NCBI GenBank assembly: GCA_034435055.1
Contig: DAOTXS010000065.1
Span: forward strand, 1-64,000
Reading direction: 5' to 3'
Source: Anaerolineae bacterium
GTDB taxonomy: Bacteria; Chloroflexota; Anaerolineae; UBA4142
DNA length: 64,000 bases
How positions within the stretch are numbered: the first letter of the stretch is position 1; every line of letters begins with the position of its first letter. Below, in pieces: positions 47,264 through 56,980 of this stretch. The position numbers were made by a program, and so were the translations under genes. A model generated the notes under the pieces. The model searched no databases. It had not been told where the DNA came from and saw only the letters and a program-made list of their open reading frames with translations.

Positions 47264-48643
47264 ATGAAACTCGCCGCCATCGTGCTTGCCGCGGGGCAAG
47301 GCACGCGGATGAAATCTAAATTGCCCAAAGTGTTGCATCCGGTCGCCGGCAAACCAATGGCACAATGGGCGCTCGATGCCGTGCGCGCGGTCGGGGTGGA
47401 ACAAATCGCGTTGGTCGTTGGTCACGGCGGCGACCAATTGCGAACGTCATTGACCAATCACCAATCACTAATCACTAATCTCCAATTCGTCGAGCAGGTG
47501 GAACAACGTGGTACCGGGCACGCGGTCTTGCAAGCGCGCGACGCGTTGCGCGGAAAATCGGATGCGGTGCTCGTCACGTACGGCGATATGCCGTTGCTGA
47601 AATCCGAGACGTTGAAAAAACTTGTCGATTTACACGCCGCGTCGCGCGCGACGATTACGATGCTCACGCTGATTTCCGATGACCCGATGTCGTTTGGGCG
47701 CATCGTACGCGACGAACATCGACGCGTCGTTGCGATTGTGGAAGAGGATGTGGCGACGCCGGAACAATTATCGATCAAAGAACTGAACTGTGGCGTGTAC
47801 TGTTTTGATGCCGATTGGTTGTGGAATCATTTATCCCAATTGCAGCCGGCAGGAAAAAAGCACGAGTATTATCTCACCGACTTGATTGCGCTGGCGGTGA
47901 AAGAAAATTGCACAATTGAAGCCATCGTCTCGCGCGATGTGAGTGAAATGCTCGGCGTAAACACGCGCGTCCAACTGGCGCAAGCCGAAAAAATTATGCG
48001 CGAGCGAATCAATCAATCGTTGATGTTAGCCGGCGTAACACTCATCGACCCGGCGACGACGTACATCGACGCGGGCGTCGAAATCGGTGCGGATACGGTT
48101 ATCGAACCGAATACGCATTTGCGCGGCAAGACGAAAATCGGAGCGGATTGTCGCGTTGGTCCGAACACGATCATCCGCGATTCGCAAATCGGCGACGGGT
48201 GCGAAATCGTTTCGTCGGACATTACGCAAGCCATCGTCGAAGAGCGCGTGCAAATCGGACCGTTTGCGCGTTTGCGTCCGGGCGCGCATCTCGCGCGCGG
48301 TGTCAGAATCGGCAATTATGGCGAAGTGAAAAATTCGTACATCGGCGAAGAATCACACATTGGGCATTTTAGTTACATCGGCGATACACAAATGGGCAAG
48401 CGGGTGAACATTGGCGCGGGAACGATCACGTGCAATTTCGACGGCAAGCGGAAAAACCAAACCGTCATCGGCGACGATGTGTTTATCGGCAGCGACACGA
48501 TGCTCGTCGCGCCGGTGAAGATCGGCGACCGCGCGCGCACCGGCGCGGGATCGGTGGTGACCAAAGATGTGCCGCCGGATTCGCTCGCGGTTGGACAGCC
48601 CGCGCGCGTAATTCGCAAACTTGCGAATGGAGATAATCAATGA
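47264..48643 (+). CDS. glmU: Bifunctional GlmU (UDP-N-acetylglucosamine pyrophosphorylase / glucosamine-1-phosphate N-acetyltransferase)
   Basis: LAAGQGTRMKS nucleotidyltransferase motif at the N-terminus; C-terminal left-handed beta-helix hexapeptide repeats. Confidence 0.9.
   Translation: MKLAAIVLAAGQGTRMKSKLPKVLHPVAGKPMAQWALDAVRAVGVEQIALVVGHGGDQLRTSLTNHQSLITNLQFVEQVEQRGTGHAVLQARDALRGKSDAVLVTYGDMPLLKSETLKKLVDLHAASRATITMLTLISDDPMSFGRIVRDEHRRVVAIVEEDVATPEQLSIKELNCGVYCFDADWLWNHLSQLQPAGKKHEYYLTDLIALAVKENCTIEAIVSRDVSEMLGVNTRVQLAQAEKIMRERINQSLMLAGVTLIDPATTYIDAGVEIGADTVIEPNTHLRGKTKIGADCRVGPNTIIRDSQIGDGCEIVSSDITQAIVEERVQIGPFARLRPGAHLARGVRIGNYGEVKNSYIGEESHIGHFSYIGDTQMGKRVNIGAGTITCNFDGKRKNQTVIGDDVFIGSDTMLVAPVKIGDRARTGAGSVVTKDVPPDSLAVGQPARVIRKLANGDNQ
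47453..47487 (+). repeat. Heptamer tandem repeat inside the glmU coding sequence (ACCAATC ACCAATC ACTAATC ACTAATC TCCAATT)
   Basis: Read directly. Encodes TNHQSLITNLQF at a position where GlmU homologs have a shorter loop. Confidence 0.7.
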
Positions 48644-49038
48644 AGATTGATCTGGGCAAACTTGTTGCGGAAGCGAAACGCGCGCGCAAAAATGCGTACG
48701 CGCCGTATTCAAAATACAAGGTGGGCGCGGCGGTGCTGGCGAAATCGGGAAAAATTTATTCGGGTTGTAACGTTGAAAACGCGGCGTATCCGAGCGGCTT
48801 GTGCGCGGAACGCGTCGCGATTTTCAAGGCGGTGTCGGAAGGCGAACGCGAATTGAACGCGGTGGTCGTTGTCACGTCGAATCTGGGATCGCCGTGCGGC
48901 GCGTGCCGTCAAGTGTTTTCGGAATTTGCCGGCGACAAGGCAATCGTCGTTTTGGCGCAGGCGCGCGGGAATCGGCGCAAGAAATTTTCGATGCAACAGA
49001 TTTTGCCGGATCGTTTCAAGCGCGAACATTTGCGGTGA
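48640..49038 (+). CDS. cdd: Cytidine deaminase
   Basis: Zinc-binding motifs CAERVAI and PCGACRQV. Start overlaps the glmU stop (ATGA). Confidence 0.85.
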   Translation: MKIDLGKLVAEAKRARKNAYAPYSKYKVGAAVLAKSGKIYSGCNVENAAYPSGLCAERVAIFKAVSEGERELNAVVVVTSNLGSPCGACRQVFSEFAGDKAIVVLAQARGNRRKKFSMQQILPDRFKREHLR

Positions 49039-49044
49039 TATGAG

Positions 49045-49076
49045 GAGACCCGTTTTCTTTTTGGAAAACGGGTCTC
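49045..49076 (+). terminator. Perfect 13-bp hairpin GAGACCCGTTTTC-TTTTTG-GAAAACGGGTCTC after cdd
   Basis: Read directly; lies immediately upstream of the recO -10 box. Confidence 0.6.
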
Positions 49077-49095
49077 TCGTGGTATAATGCGCGGC

Positions 49096-49884
49096 ATGCG
49101 CGAACGACTCTATCGCGTCCAAGCCATTGTGTTGCGCCGCACCGATCACGGCGAAGCGGATCGCTTGTTGACGCTGTTCACGCCGGAGCGTGGTAAAATT
49201 CGCGCGAATGCAAAAGGCGCGCGCAAACCGTCGAGCCGGAAAAGCGGACACGTCGAGTTGTTCACGCACGTCGATTTGATGTTGGCAAAGGGTCAGCAAA
49301 TCGATGTGGTAACACAAGCCGACACAATCGATGCGTTCATCGCGCTGCGCGACAATCTTGATCGCGTGTCGTACGCGTACTATTTGCTTGAACTCGTCGA
49401 TAAGTTTTCCGAAGAGGAAACCGAGAATCACCCGGTGTTCGATTTGCTCTTGCGCGCGCTTGGCTGGCTGGGCGATCAAGCGACGAAGCCGGATTTGCTT
49501 GCGCGATTTTTCGAGTTGCGCTTGTTGCAGTACGTCGGTTATCGACCGCAGTTGTTCAGTTGTGTCAATTGCGGCAAAATCATCGAGCCAATCGAAAATT
49601 ATTTCAGCGCGGAAGCCGGCGGCGTCCTTGATCCGGATTGCGTGGCAACCCAGCGCGAGAAGATTGCCGGACACGCGCGCGACGCGCAAGTGATTTCGTT
49701 GAACGCGCTCAAGGTGTTGCGCTATTTGCAGACGCGTGAATGGGAAACAGTGCGAGTTTTGAATTTGAATGCGGATGTACTAAGCGAAGTGGAAATTTTG
49801 CTTCAACGATACATTGGGCATCATTTGGAACGAAACTTGAAAAGCATCGAGTTTTTGCGAGAGTTGAAATCGACAAAAGGGTAG
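49096..49884 (+). CDS. recO: DNA repair protein RecO
   Basis: RecO N-terminal OB fold (LYRVQAIVLRRTDHGEADRLLTLFT) and a C-terminal Cys4 motif (CVNCGK...). TATAAT at 49083-49088 lies 7 nt upstream of the ATG at 49096, so the transcript is probably leaderless. An alternative ATG is at 49087. Confidence 0.8.
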   Translation: MRERLYRVQAIVLRRTDHGEADRLLTLFTPERGKIRANAKGARKPSSRKSGHVELFTHVDLMLAKGQQIDVVTQADTIDAFIALRDNLDRVSYAYYLLELVDKFSEEETENHPVFDLLLRALGWLGDQATKPDLLARFFELRLLQYVGYRPQLFSCVNCGKIIEPIENYFSAEAGGVLDPDCVATQREKIAGHARDAQVISLNALKVLRYLQTREWETVRVLNLNADVLSEVEILLQRYIGHHLERNLKSIEFLRELKSTKG

Positions 49885-49889
49885 GCATT

Positions 49890-51269
49890 ATGCCAGACAT
49901 GGAAACCATCGTCTCGTTGTGCAAGCGGCGCGGCTTTGTCTTTCAAGGGTCGGAAATTTACGGCGGCATCGGCGGTTTTTGGGATTACGGTCCGCTCGGC
50001 GTCGAGTTGAAAAATAATATCAAGCGCGCGTGGTGGAAAGCGATGGTGCAAGATCGCGACGACATCGTCGGCATCGATGCGGCGATCATTATGAATCCGA
50101 ATGCCTGGGTCGCCAGCGGTCACGTCGAAACCTTTACCGATCCGCTCGTCGAGTGCAAAAATTGCCACAAGCGTTTCCGCGAAGATCAAATTCCCGGCGA
50201 CGCGTGTCCGAATTGCGGCAACAAGAACACAATGACCGAGCCGCGTCAATTCAATGTGATGTTCAAAACGCACGTCGGTCCGGTGGAAGACGATGCGGCG
50301 GTTGCGTACTTGCGTCCCGAAACGGCGCAGGGCATCTTTGTCAATTTTGAAAATGTGCGCGAATCGATGCGCAAGAAAATTCCATTCGGCATCGCGCAAA
50401 TCGGCAAAGCGTTTCGCAACGAGATTATCACTGGCAATTTTATTTTCCGCGACCGCGAGTTTGAGCAGATGGAAATGGAATTCTTCATCAAGCCGGGTAC
50501 GGAAGACGAGTGGCACGACCAATGGCGCGATTGGCGACTGGCGTGGTGGAAGAAAACTTTCCACATCAGCGACAATAATATTCGCATCAAAGTGATTCGC
50601 AAAGATCGTACGTATATCATCGGTCCCGATCCTGATGACGTCAAAACCGAAAAGCCGCCGCACTATTCCAAAGGCAATTACGACATCGAGTATCGTTTTC
50701 CGATGGGGTGGAACGAAATCGAAGGGATTGCCAGTCGGACGGACTGGGATTTAGGCGCGCATCAAAAATTGAGCGGCAAGAGTTTGGCGTACTTTGACGA
50801 CGAAACCAAGGAGAGTTACATCCCCTACGTCGTCGAGCCGTCCATGGGCGTGGATCGCGCGGTGCTCGTCGCGTTGTTCGAGAATTACAAAGAAGAGCAG
50901 GTGCGGAACGAAAAGCGGGTCGTACTTCAGTTACCCAAGACACTTGCGCCGATCAAGGTCGCAGTTCTGCCGCTGGCGCGCAATCGTCCGGAAATCGTCG
51001 CGATCGCGCAGAAACTTGTGGCGGATTTGAAACCGCATATGATGGCGATGTACGACGACAGTGCGAGCATCGGTCGTCTGTATCGCCGGCAAGACGAAAT
51101 CGGCACGCCGTTCTGCGTGACGGTCGATCATCAATCCGCAATTCCCGGCGATGAAAAGTACGATGGCAGAGTAACCATCCGTGATCGTGATTCGATGGAG
51201 CAGATTCGGGTTTCACTTGACCAAGTCAAGAGTATGTTAGTTAGTCGATTAGGCACATGGTTGCTGTAA
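49890..51269 (+). CDS. glyQS: Glycine--tRNA ligase (homodimeric GlyQS type)
   Basis: Class II aaRS motifs (FVFQGSEIYGG; GIAQIGKAFRNEI) and a C-terminal anticodon-binding domain. Start moved to the ATG at 49890. Confidence 0.9.
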   Translation: MPDMETIVSLCKRRGFVFQGSEIYGGIGGFWDYGPLGVELKNNIKRAWWKAMVQDRDDIVGIDAAIIMNPNAWVASGHVETFTDPLVECKNCHKRFREDQIPGDACPNCGNKNTMTEPRQFNVMFKTHVGPVEDDAAVAYLRPETAQGIFVNFENVRESMRKKIPFGIAQIGKAFRNEIITGNFIFRDREFEQMEMEFFIKPGTEDEWHDQWRDWRLAWWKKTFHISDNNIRIKVIRKDRTYIIGPDPDDVKTEKPPHYSKGNYDIEYRFPMGWNEIEGIASRTDWDLGAHQKLSGKSLAYFDDETKESYIPYVVEPSMGVDRAVLVALFENYKEEQVRNEKRVVLQLPKTLAPIKVAVLPLARNRPEIVAIAQKLVADLKPHMMAMYDDSASIGRLYRRQDEIGTPFCVTVDHQSAIPGDEKYDGRVTIRDRDSMEQIRVSLDQVKSMLVSRLGTWLL

Positions 51270-52132
51270 TGAACAATGCTTCTTGGTTTATCATTCTCCT
51301 AAAACGCATCAAGCGATTCCTGCATAAAGGCTACTTGTCTGCTGTAGATGTGCTGGCGCGACCCCAAAAAACTAGAATATTTGGGGCGCAGGTAGACCTT
51401 GTTCCGCCGCTTCGATTGATGGATGATGGACCAGTTGATTATGTAAGTTTCAAGCAAAATGGAGAGGAATACTTTGATATCTTTGTGCGTCTCTGCCATC
51501 TTCAGCGCACAGATCGTGTTCTTGATGTCGGATGCGGGATCGGTAGAAAAACACTGCCACTCTTAACTTATCTTGATCCTCAACTCGGCAGTTACATTGG
51601 AATAGATGCTTTCAAGTCTCATGTCGATTGGTGCCAACAAAAGATCCAGCCGCGCTATCCTAATTTCCATTTTCATTACGTGGATGTTTGGAGTCAACGG
51701 TACAACCCTGCGGGTACAATTAAGGCGGTCGATTACATTTTCCCATTTAGAGATGGCGAATTTGATTTTGTGATTGCAGCCTCTGTGTTTACCCATATGT
51801 TTATGACTGACGTCCGTCATTATATGTCAGAGATTCAGCGGATACTCGCGCTAGGTGGACGAGGAATGATCTCGTTCTTTTTGCTTAATTCAAAATCGGA
51901 ACGATTAATTGGCGAAGGCAAGTCGACCGTACCACTCATTTATTCTGTTGAACCGGGCTGCAAGGCTGACAACCCTAATCGATTGGAAAGTGCTGTGGGG
52001 CATAGCGAAGATGAGATTCTCGAAATGTGTGCGAGATATGGAATCAAAACTCGAATCTATTATGGCGCGTGGTGCGGTCGTCAGGAATTTCTGACATATC
52101 AAGATGTGCTTTCTCTGGAAAAGATAAAGTAA
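51269..52132 (+). CDS. Class I SAM-dependent methyltransferase
   Basis: Motif I VLDVGCGIGRKT. Conspicuously lower GC than the neighbours. ATG overlaps the glyQS stop (TAATG). Confidence 0.6.
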   Translation: MNNASWFIILLKRIKRFLHKGYLSAVDVLARPQKTRIFGAQVDLVPPLRLMDDGPVDYVSFKQNGEEYFDIFVRLCHLQRTDRVLDVGCGIGRKTLPLLTYLDPQLGSYIGIDAFKSHVDWCQQKIQPRYPNFHFHYVDVWSQRYNPAGTIKAVDYIFPFRDGEFDFVIAASVFTHMFMTDVRHYMSEIQRILALGGRGMISFFLLNSKSERLIGEGKSTVPLIYSVEPGCKADNPNRLESAVGHSEDEILEMCARYGIKTRIYYGAWCGRQEFLTYQDVLSLEKIK

Positions 52133-52207
52133 GAAAACTGCGCCGCAACCAACGATGCTTGCCCAAATGCGCTGGATATATTTTTTAATCACATAGGAGG
52201 ATTCGAC

Positions 52208-54976
52208 ATGGCTGTCAAAAAAGTCGCCGTGAAGAAAGCGGCAACCAAAAAGACACCCCCGCAGAAATGGGTGTATTTGTTTTCAGAAGGCAATAAAGAC
52301 ATGCGCGATTTGCTTGGTGGCAAAGGCGCCGGTCTTGCCGAAATGACGAACGCGAAATTGCCCGTTCCCCCCGGCTTTACTATTACCACCGAAGCGTGCA
52401 ATACCTACACAGCGCTCGGTAAAAAGTTCCCGCCTAAAATGTGGGAACAAGTTCTCGCATCGATGAAAAAGGTCGAAGCGCAGACGGGCAAAAAGTTTGG
52501 TGATCCCAAAAATCCTTTGCTTGTCTCCGTTCGTTCGGGCGCCAAATTCTCGATGCCGGGCATGATGGACACGGTGCTCAATCTCGGCTTGAATGCCGAG
52601 ACGTTGAAAGGGATCGCCGCGTTGACTGGCAATGAACGTTTTGCATACGACGCGTACCGCCGCTTTATCCAAATGTTTGGGCGCATTGTGATGGGCGTTG
52701 AGGCGAAAAAGTGGGACGCGATCTTTGACGGTGTGAAGGAAAAATACCACGCCAAGCAAGACACCGACCTCGACACAAAAGCGCTGCAAGAGGTCGTTAA
52801 GCAATACAAAGAATTATACAAAAAAGAAATCGGCGAGGAATTTCCGGAAGACCCGTACAAACAACTCGAACTGGCGATTCAAGCGGTGTTCGGTTCGTGG
52901 ATGGGCAAACGTGCGGTCGATTATCGCCGCATCAACAAGATTCCGGACAATCTCGGCACGGCGGTCAACGTCTGTACGATGGTGTTCGGCAATCAAGGTG
53001 ATGATTCCGGCACTGGCGTCGCGTTCACGCGCGATCCCGGCACCGGCGAAAATGAATTGTTCGGCGAATATCTCGTCAACGCGCAAGGCGAGGATGTGGT
53101 TGCCGGGATTCGTACGCCGATGAAGATTGCGGAACTGAAAGACAAGAATCCCAGGGTTTATAATGAATTCCGCAAACTCGCGCGGCAAATGGAAAAGCAT
53201 TACCGCGAGATGCAAGATTTGGAATTCACGGTCGAGCGCGGCAAGTTGTGGATGTTGCAAACGCGCACCGGCAAGCGCACCGCGCGCGCGGCAGTTCGCA
53301 TCGCCGTGCAAATGGTGAACGAAAAACTGATCACCAAAGAAGAAGCGATTCAACGCGTCGAGCCGAATCACATCGTTCAATTGTTGATGCCGCAGTTCGA
53401 TTTCAAAGCGAAAGAAGACGCCGCCCAAGCCGGCAACTTGCTCGCCAAAGGTTTGAACGCCTCGCCGGGCGCGGCAACCGGGTTAGCGATTTTCGATCCG
53501 GACACCGCCGAAAAACTCGGCAAAGAAGGCAAAGCAGTCATTCTCGTTCGTTACGAGACGTCGCCGGAAGATGTGCACGGGATGTACGCCTCGAAAGGTA
53601 TCTTGACGCAACACGGCGGCGCGACTTCACACGCGGCAGTCGTCGCGCGCGGCGCGGGCCTCCCGTGCGTCGCCGGGTGCGAAACGATTCGCGTCGATGA
53701 AGAAAAGAAATTATTCACCGTCGGCGGCAAGACCGTCAAGGAAGGCGATTCGATTTCTATCGACGGTGGCACTGGTGAAGTGTTTGCCGGCGAAATCAAA
53801 ACCGTTCTGCCGGATTTCGATAAAGATACAGATTTGCAAACGCTCCTGGGTTGGGCGGATGAGATTCGCTTGAAGCAATCGCGCAAGGGAATCGCAAATT
53901 CGCCGGCGGTTGGTTTGCAAGTGTGGGCAAATGGCGATTATCCGCGCGACGCGCGAATGGCGCGCAAGTTCGGCGCGCAAGGCATCGGCTTGTGCCGTAC
54001 CGAGCATATGTTTTTTGAAACCGATCGCTTGCCTATCGTCCAAAAAATGATTTTGGCGAAGAGCGATGCCGAGCGCCAAAAATATCTCGATCAACTGTTG
54101 CCGATTCAACGCGAAGATTTCATCGGCATCTTGGAAGCGATGGAAGGATTGCCGGTCGTGATTCGCTTGATCGATCCGCCGCTCCACGAATTCTTGCCAT
54201 CGTACGAAGAGTTGTTGGTCAAGGTAACCGAGTTGCGGATTCGCGGGAACGACCCGGCAAAATTGAAAGAAACCGAAGAGATGTTGAAGACCGTCGCCGG
54301 AATGAAAGAGGCGAACCCGATGCTTGGGTTGCGCGGTTGTCGCTTGGGCATCACAATGCCACAGATCACGCAGATGCAAACGCGTGCGATTTTGGAGGCG
54401 GCGTGCATCCTCAAGAAACGCGGCGTCGATGTGCATCCGGAAATCATGATTCCGCTCGTGGGTCACGTGAACGAGTTGAAGCATCAACGCGAGGTGCTTG
54501 AGCCGGTTGCGAAAAAGGTGATGGAAGAACAAGGGGTCGAGGTCGAGTACAAATTCGGCACGATGATCGAAATTCCGCGCGGCGCAATTACGGCGGCGCA
54601 AATTGCCGAGTACGCGCAGTTCTTCTCCTTCGGCACGAACGACCTCACGCAAACTGCGATGGGGGTTAGCCGCGACGACGCAGAGAAGGCATTCTTGTTG
54701 AAATACGTGGAAGACAAGATTTTGCCGGCGAACCCATTCCAGGAACTTGACCGTGAAGGTGTGGGGATGTTGATGCGTTGGGCAGTCGAGCAGGGACGCA
54801 AGACTAAACCGGGACTGAAGATTGGTATCTGCGGTGAACACGGCGGCGATCCGTCGTCCATCGAATTCTGCCATGAGATCGGTCTGCACTATGTGAGTTG
54901 CTCGCCGTTCCGTGTGCCGGTGGCACGACTGGCGGCGGCGCAAGCGGCGCTCGCTAAAGTTGTGAAGGACAAATAG
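52208..54976 (+). CDS. ppdK: Pyruvate, phosphate dikinase
   Basis: Full-length PPDK (KWVYLFSEGNKDMRDLLGGKGAGLAEM; catalytic His region GGATSHAAVVARG; C-terminal PEP-utilising domain), with a Lys-rich N-terminal extension of about 19 aa. Confidence 0.9.
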   Translation: MAVKKVAVKKAATKKTPPQKWVYLFSEGNKDMRDLLGGKGAGLAEMTNAKLPVPPGFTITTEACNTYTALGKKFPPKMWEQVLASMKKVEAQTGKKFGDPKNPLLVSVRSGAKFSMPGMMDTVLNLGLNAETLKGIAALTGNERFAYDAYRRFIQMFGRIVMGVEAKKWDAIFDGVKEKYHAKQDTDLDTKALQEVVKQYKELYKKEIGEEFPEDPYKQLELAIQAVFGSWMGKRAVDYRRINKIPDNLGTAVNVCTMVFGNQGDDSGTGVAFTRDPGTGENELFGEYLVNAQGEDVVAGIRTPMKIAELKDKNPRVYNEFRKLARQMEKHYREMQDLEFTVERGKLWMLQTRTGKRTARAAVRIAVQMVNEKLITKEEAIQRVEPNHIVQLLMPQFDFKAKEDAAQAGNLLAKGLNASPGAATGLAIFDPDTAEKLGKEGKAVILVRYETSPEDVHGMYASKGILTQHGGATSHAAVVARGAGLPCVAGCETIRVDEEKKLFTVGGKTVKEGDSISIDGGTGEVFAGEIKTVLPDFDKDTDLQTLLGWADEIRLKQSRKGIANSPAVGLQVWANGDYPRDARMARKFGAQGIGLCRTEHMFFETDRLPIVQKMILAKSDAERQKYLDQLLPIQREDFIGILEAMEGLPVVIRLIDPPLHEFLPSYEELLVKVTELRIRGNDPAKLKETEEMLKTVAGMKEANPMLGLRGCRLGITMPQITQMQTRAILEAACILKKRGVDVHPEIMIPLVGHVNELKHQREVLEPVAKKVMEEQGVEVEYKFGTMIEIPRGAITAAQIAEYAQFFSFGTNDLTQTAMGVSRDDAEKAFLLKYVEDKILPANPFQELDREGVGMLMRWAVEQGRKTKPGLKIGICGEHGGDPSSIEFCHEIGLHYVSCSPFRVPVARLAAAQAALAKVVKDK

Positions 54977-54998
54977 TCGAATAGTCAGTTAGTCAAGT

Positions 54999-55035
54999 GG
55001 TCGGATAGTCGCGTGAATGACTATCCGACTTTTTC
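54999..55035 (+). terminator. Rho-independent terminator after ppdK (GGTCGGATAGTC...GACTATCCGAC TTTTTC)
   Basis: 11-bp stem plus a T-tract, preceded by TAGTC direct repeats. Confidence 0.7.
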
Positions 55036-55099
55036 ATATCATTGTTTAACAAAACATTCGATTGGTTCAGATATAATAGCAAGCAGGAGGGAAAACTAA

Positions 55100-55585
55100 A
55101 TGCCTAAAATCGTGCCGTGCTTGTGGTTCGATCATCAAGCGGAAGAAGCGGTCAATTTATACATCTCGCTGTTCAAGAACTCGAAAATCTTGAACGTCGC
55201 GCGTTATGACGAAGACAGCGCAAAAGTCGCCGGCAAACCAGCGGGATCGGTGCTGACTGTGACCTTTCTGCTTGATGGACAGGAATTCATGGCATTGAAC
55301 GGCGGTCCCGAATTCAAATTCACCGAAGCTGTTTCGTTCGTCGTGAATTGCGAGACGCAAGTAGAAGTGGATCACTTTTGGAACACGCTCACTGCCGATG
55401 GCGGTGAAGAGAGTATGTGCGGTTGGCTCAAAGACAAGTACGGTTTGTCGTGGCAAATTGTGCCGACGGTGTTAGATGAGATGTTGTCCGACCCTGACCC
55501 GGCAAAAGCGCAACGCGTGATGCAAGCGATGTTGCAAATGAAAAAGATCGAGATTGCCGGTTTGCGGCGGGCGTACGAAGGATAA
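55100..55585 (+). CDS. VOC (glyoxalase/bleomycin-resistance) family protein, PhnB-like
   Basis: [11 protein letters not shown]... and ...[16 protein letters not shown] match the PhnB-like 3-demethylubiquinone-9 3-methyltransferase-domain subfamily. Confidence 0.7.
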   Translation: MPKIVPCLWFDHQAEEAVNLYISLFKNSKILNVARYDEDSAKVAGKPAGSVLTVTFLLDGQEFMALNGGPEFKFTEAVSFVVNCETQVEVDHFWNTLTADGGEESMCGWLKDKYGLSWQIVPTVLDEMLSDPDPAKAQRVMQAMLQMKKIEIAGLRRAYEG

Positions 55586-55593
55586 TGATTTGT

Positions 55594-55625
55594 AGGGGTG
55601 AGGTTACCTCGCCCCTTTTGTTTTT
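55594..55625 (+). terminator. Hairpin AGGGGTGAGG-TTA-CCTCGCCCCT followed by TTTGTTTTT
   Basis: Loosely related to the GTAGGGG palindromic family; lies after the VOC gene. Confidence 0.55.
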
Positions 55626-55638
55626 GATCCATCAAAAA

Positions 55639-55667
55639 TTGCGCGAACTCTGTCTGCGTGTTATAAT
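55639..55667 (+). promoter_or_regulatory. Candidate promoter TTGCGC-N17-TATAAT
   Basis: TATAAT at 55662-55667; AAGGAGAG RBS before the ATG at 55714. Confidence 0.45.
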
Positions 55668-55713
55668 TTTTGTATGCGACGTTATCGATAATACACAAGG
55701 AGAGACAGTTCGA

Positions 55714-56361
55714 ATGCACTTGAAGGGATTGAAAATTTTCTTCGTGCTTGCCGCTGTTCTTGCGGTAGGCGCGCTGGCTTGCCAAACCACCGATCAATTC
55801 ATCGCCTTGGCGACGGCGACACGCACGCGCACGCCGCGTCCGACTCTCACGCCGCTTCCGATCAACACCGATACGCCGACACCTTCGCCAACGTTGCGCG
55901 CCACCGCAACTTTTACGCCGACGTTACGACCGCCGACGGCGCGCCCGGCAACCGCCAAGCCGCCGACCGCGCCACCCAAGCCGATTGTTCAACAACCAAC
56001 CGTTTCGAATATGGAGTTCCACGTCAACCCGCCGACGTGTTCGCACTCCGGGATGACCTTTATCAAAGGCACCGTCTATCTCAACAAGAATGATCCAAGC
56101 CAAAGATACGAAGGTGCCATTGTGGCTTTGGGTCCACCCGATGGCTCAACCATTTATGCCGTAGTCAAATCCGAGTGGGACGGCACGTACACGCATATTC
56201 TGGGCGATCCCGGTCAAGCCCGCCCCGGCAATTGGGGAGTGTGGCTTGTAACTCCGTCAATGGTGCGCAAATCCGATATCGGCGGCCCGATTGTCACCAA
56301 CGGTTTGGGACCCGACGATCCGAAAGCGTGCTGGGCAGGGAGCGTTGATTTTTGGAAATAA
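55714..56361 (+). CDS. Hypothetical lipoprotein with a Thr/Pro-rich linker
   Basis: ALAC lipobox, a TPTPSPT-type linker and a C-terminal globular region of unknown family. Confidence 0.5.
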   Translation: MHLKGLKIFFVLAAVLAVGALACQTTDQFIALATATRTRTPRPTLTPLPINTDTPTPSPTLRATATFTPTLRPPTARPATAKPPTAPPKPIVQQPTVSNMEFHVNPPTCSHSGMTFIKGTVYLNKNDPSQRYEGAIVALGPPDGSTIYAVVKSEWDGTYTHILGDPGQARPGNWGVWLVTPSMVRKSDIGGPIVTNGLGPDDPKACWAGSVDFWK

Positions 56362-56377
56362 TCGGGGAGGTTCAAAG

Positions 56378-56914
56378 ATGAAACTCCGTCATCCATTTGA
56401 ATGGCTCGCGGAAAAAATGCAGACGCGCGTGTTCATCGTGATGGTTCCTGCCGCGCTCTTGGCAATGGCAATCGAGCAAATCACCGGCGCGCCGTTGCGG
56501 ACGAGCGTTGCGCCGTCCGGCATCGTCTCGTTCGAGTTTGCGGGTACGCTCGCAAACGCGCAAGCGATGGTGCAATCGTGGGGCGCGTTGGGTCAAGTGT
56601 ATGCCGGCCTGAATCTGGGATTCGATTTTGTATTCATCCTCACGTACGTCATCGCCATCGGTTTGGGGTGTGTTATCGTCGCGCGCGCCGGATTTCTTCC
56701 GGCAGTCGGCATCGTTCTGGCGTGGGCGATGTTCGCTGCCGGTCTGCTCGACGGCATCGAAAATTACAACTTGATTCAAATCTTGCTTGGCGCGGGACAA
56801 GAATTGAACGCGGTGCTGGCGTTGTGGTGCGCGATTCCTAAATTTGCGATGGTCGGTTTGGGGCTGGCGTACTTTATCATCGGCGGCGCAGTCAAATTAT
56901 TGGCGCGTCGCTAA
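56378..56914 (+). CDS. Hypothetical integral membrane protein
   Basis: About five TM helices; start taken at the ATG at 56378, after GGGAGG. Confidence 0.45.
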   Translation: MKLRHPFEWLAEKMQTRVFIVMVPAALLAMAIEQITGAPLRTSVAPSGIVSFEFAGTLANAQAMVQSWGALGQVYAGLNLGFDFVFILTYVIAIGLGCVIVARAGFLPAVGIVLAWAMFAAGLLDGIENYNLIQILLGAGQELNAVLALWCAIPKFAMVGLGLAYFIIGGAVKLLARR

Positions 56915-56980
56915 CTTATCGTCGCAAGAAAAATGACACCGCCCCGGTCTCGTCGAGTTGGAGATCGGGGCGGTAATTTT

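Noticed and set aside
53711-54943. 410-aa minus-strand ORF
   Set aside because: Antisense to ppdK.
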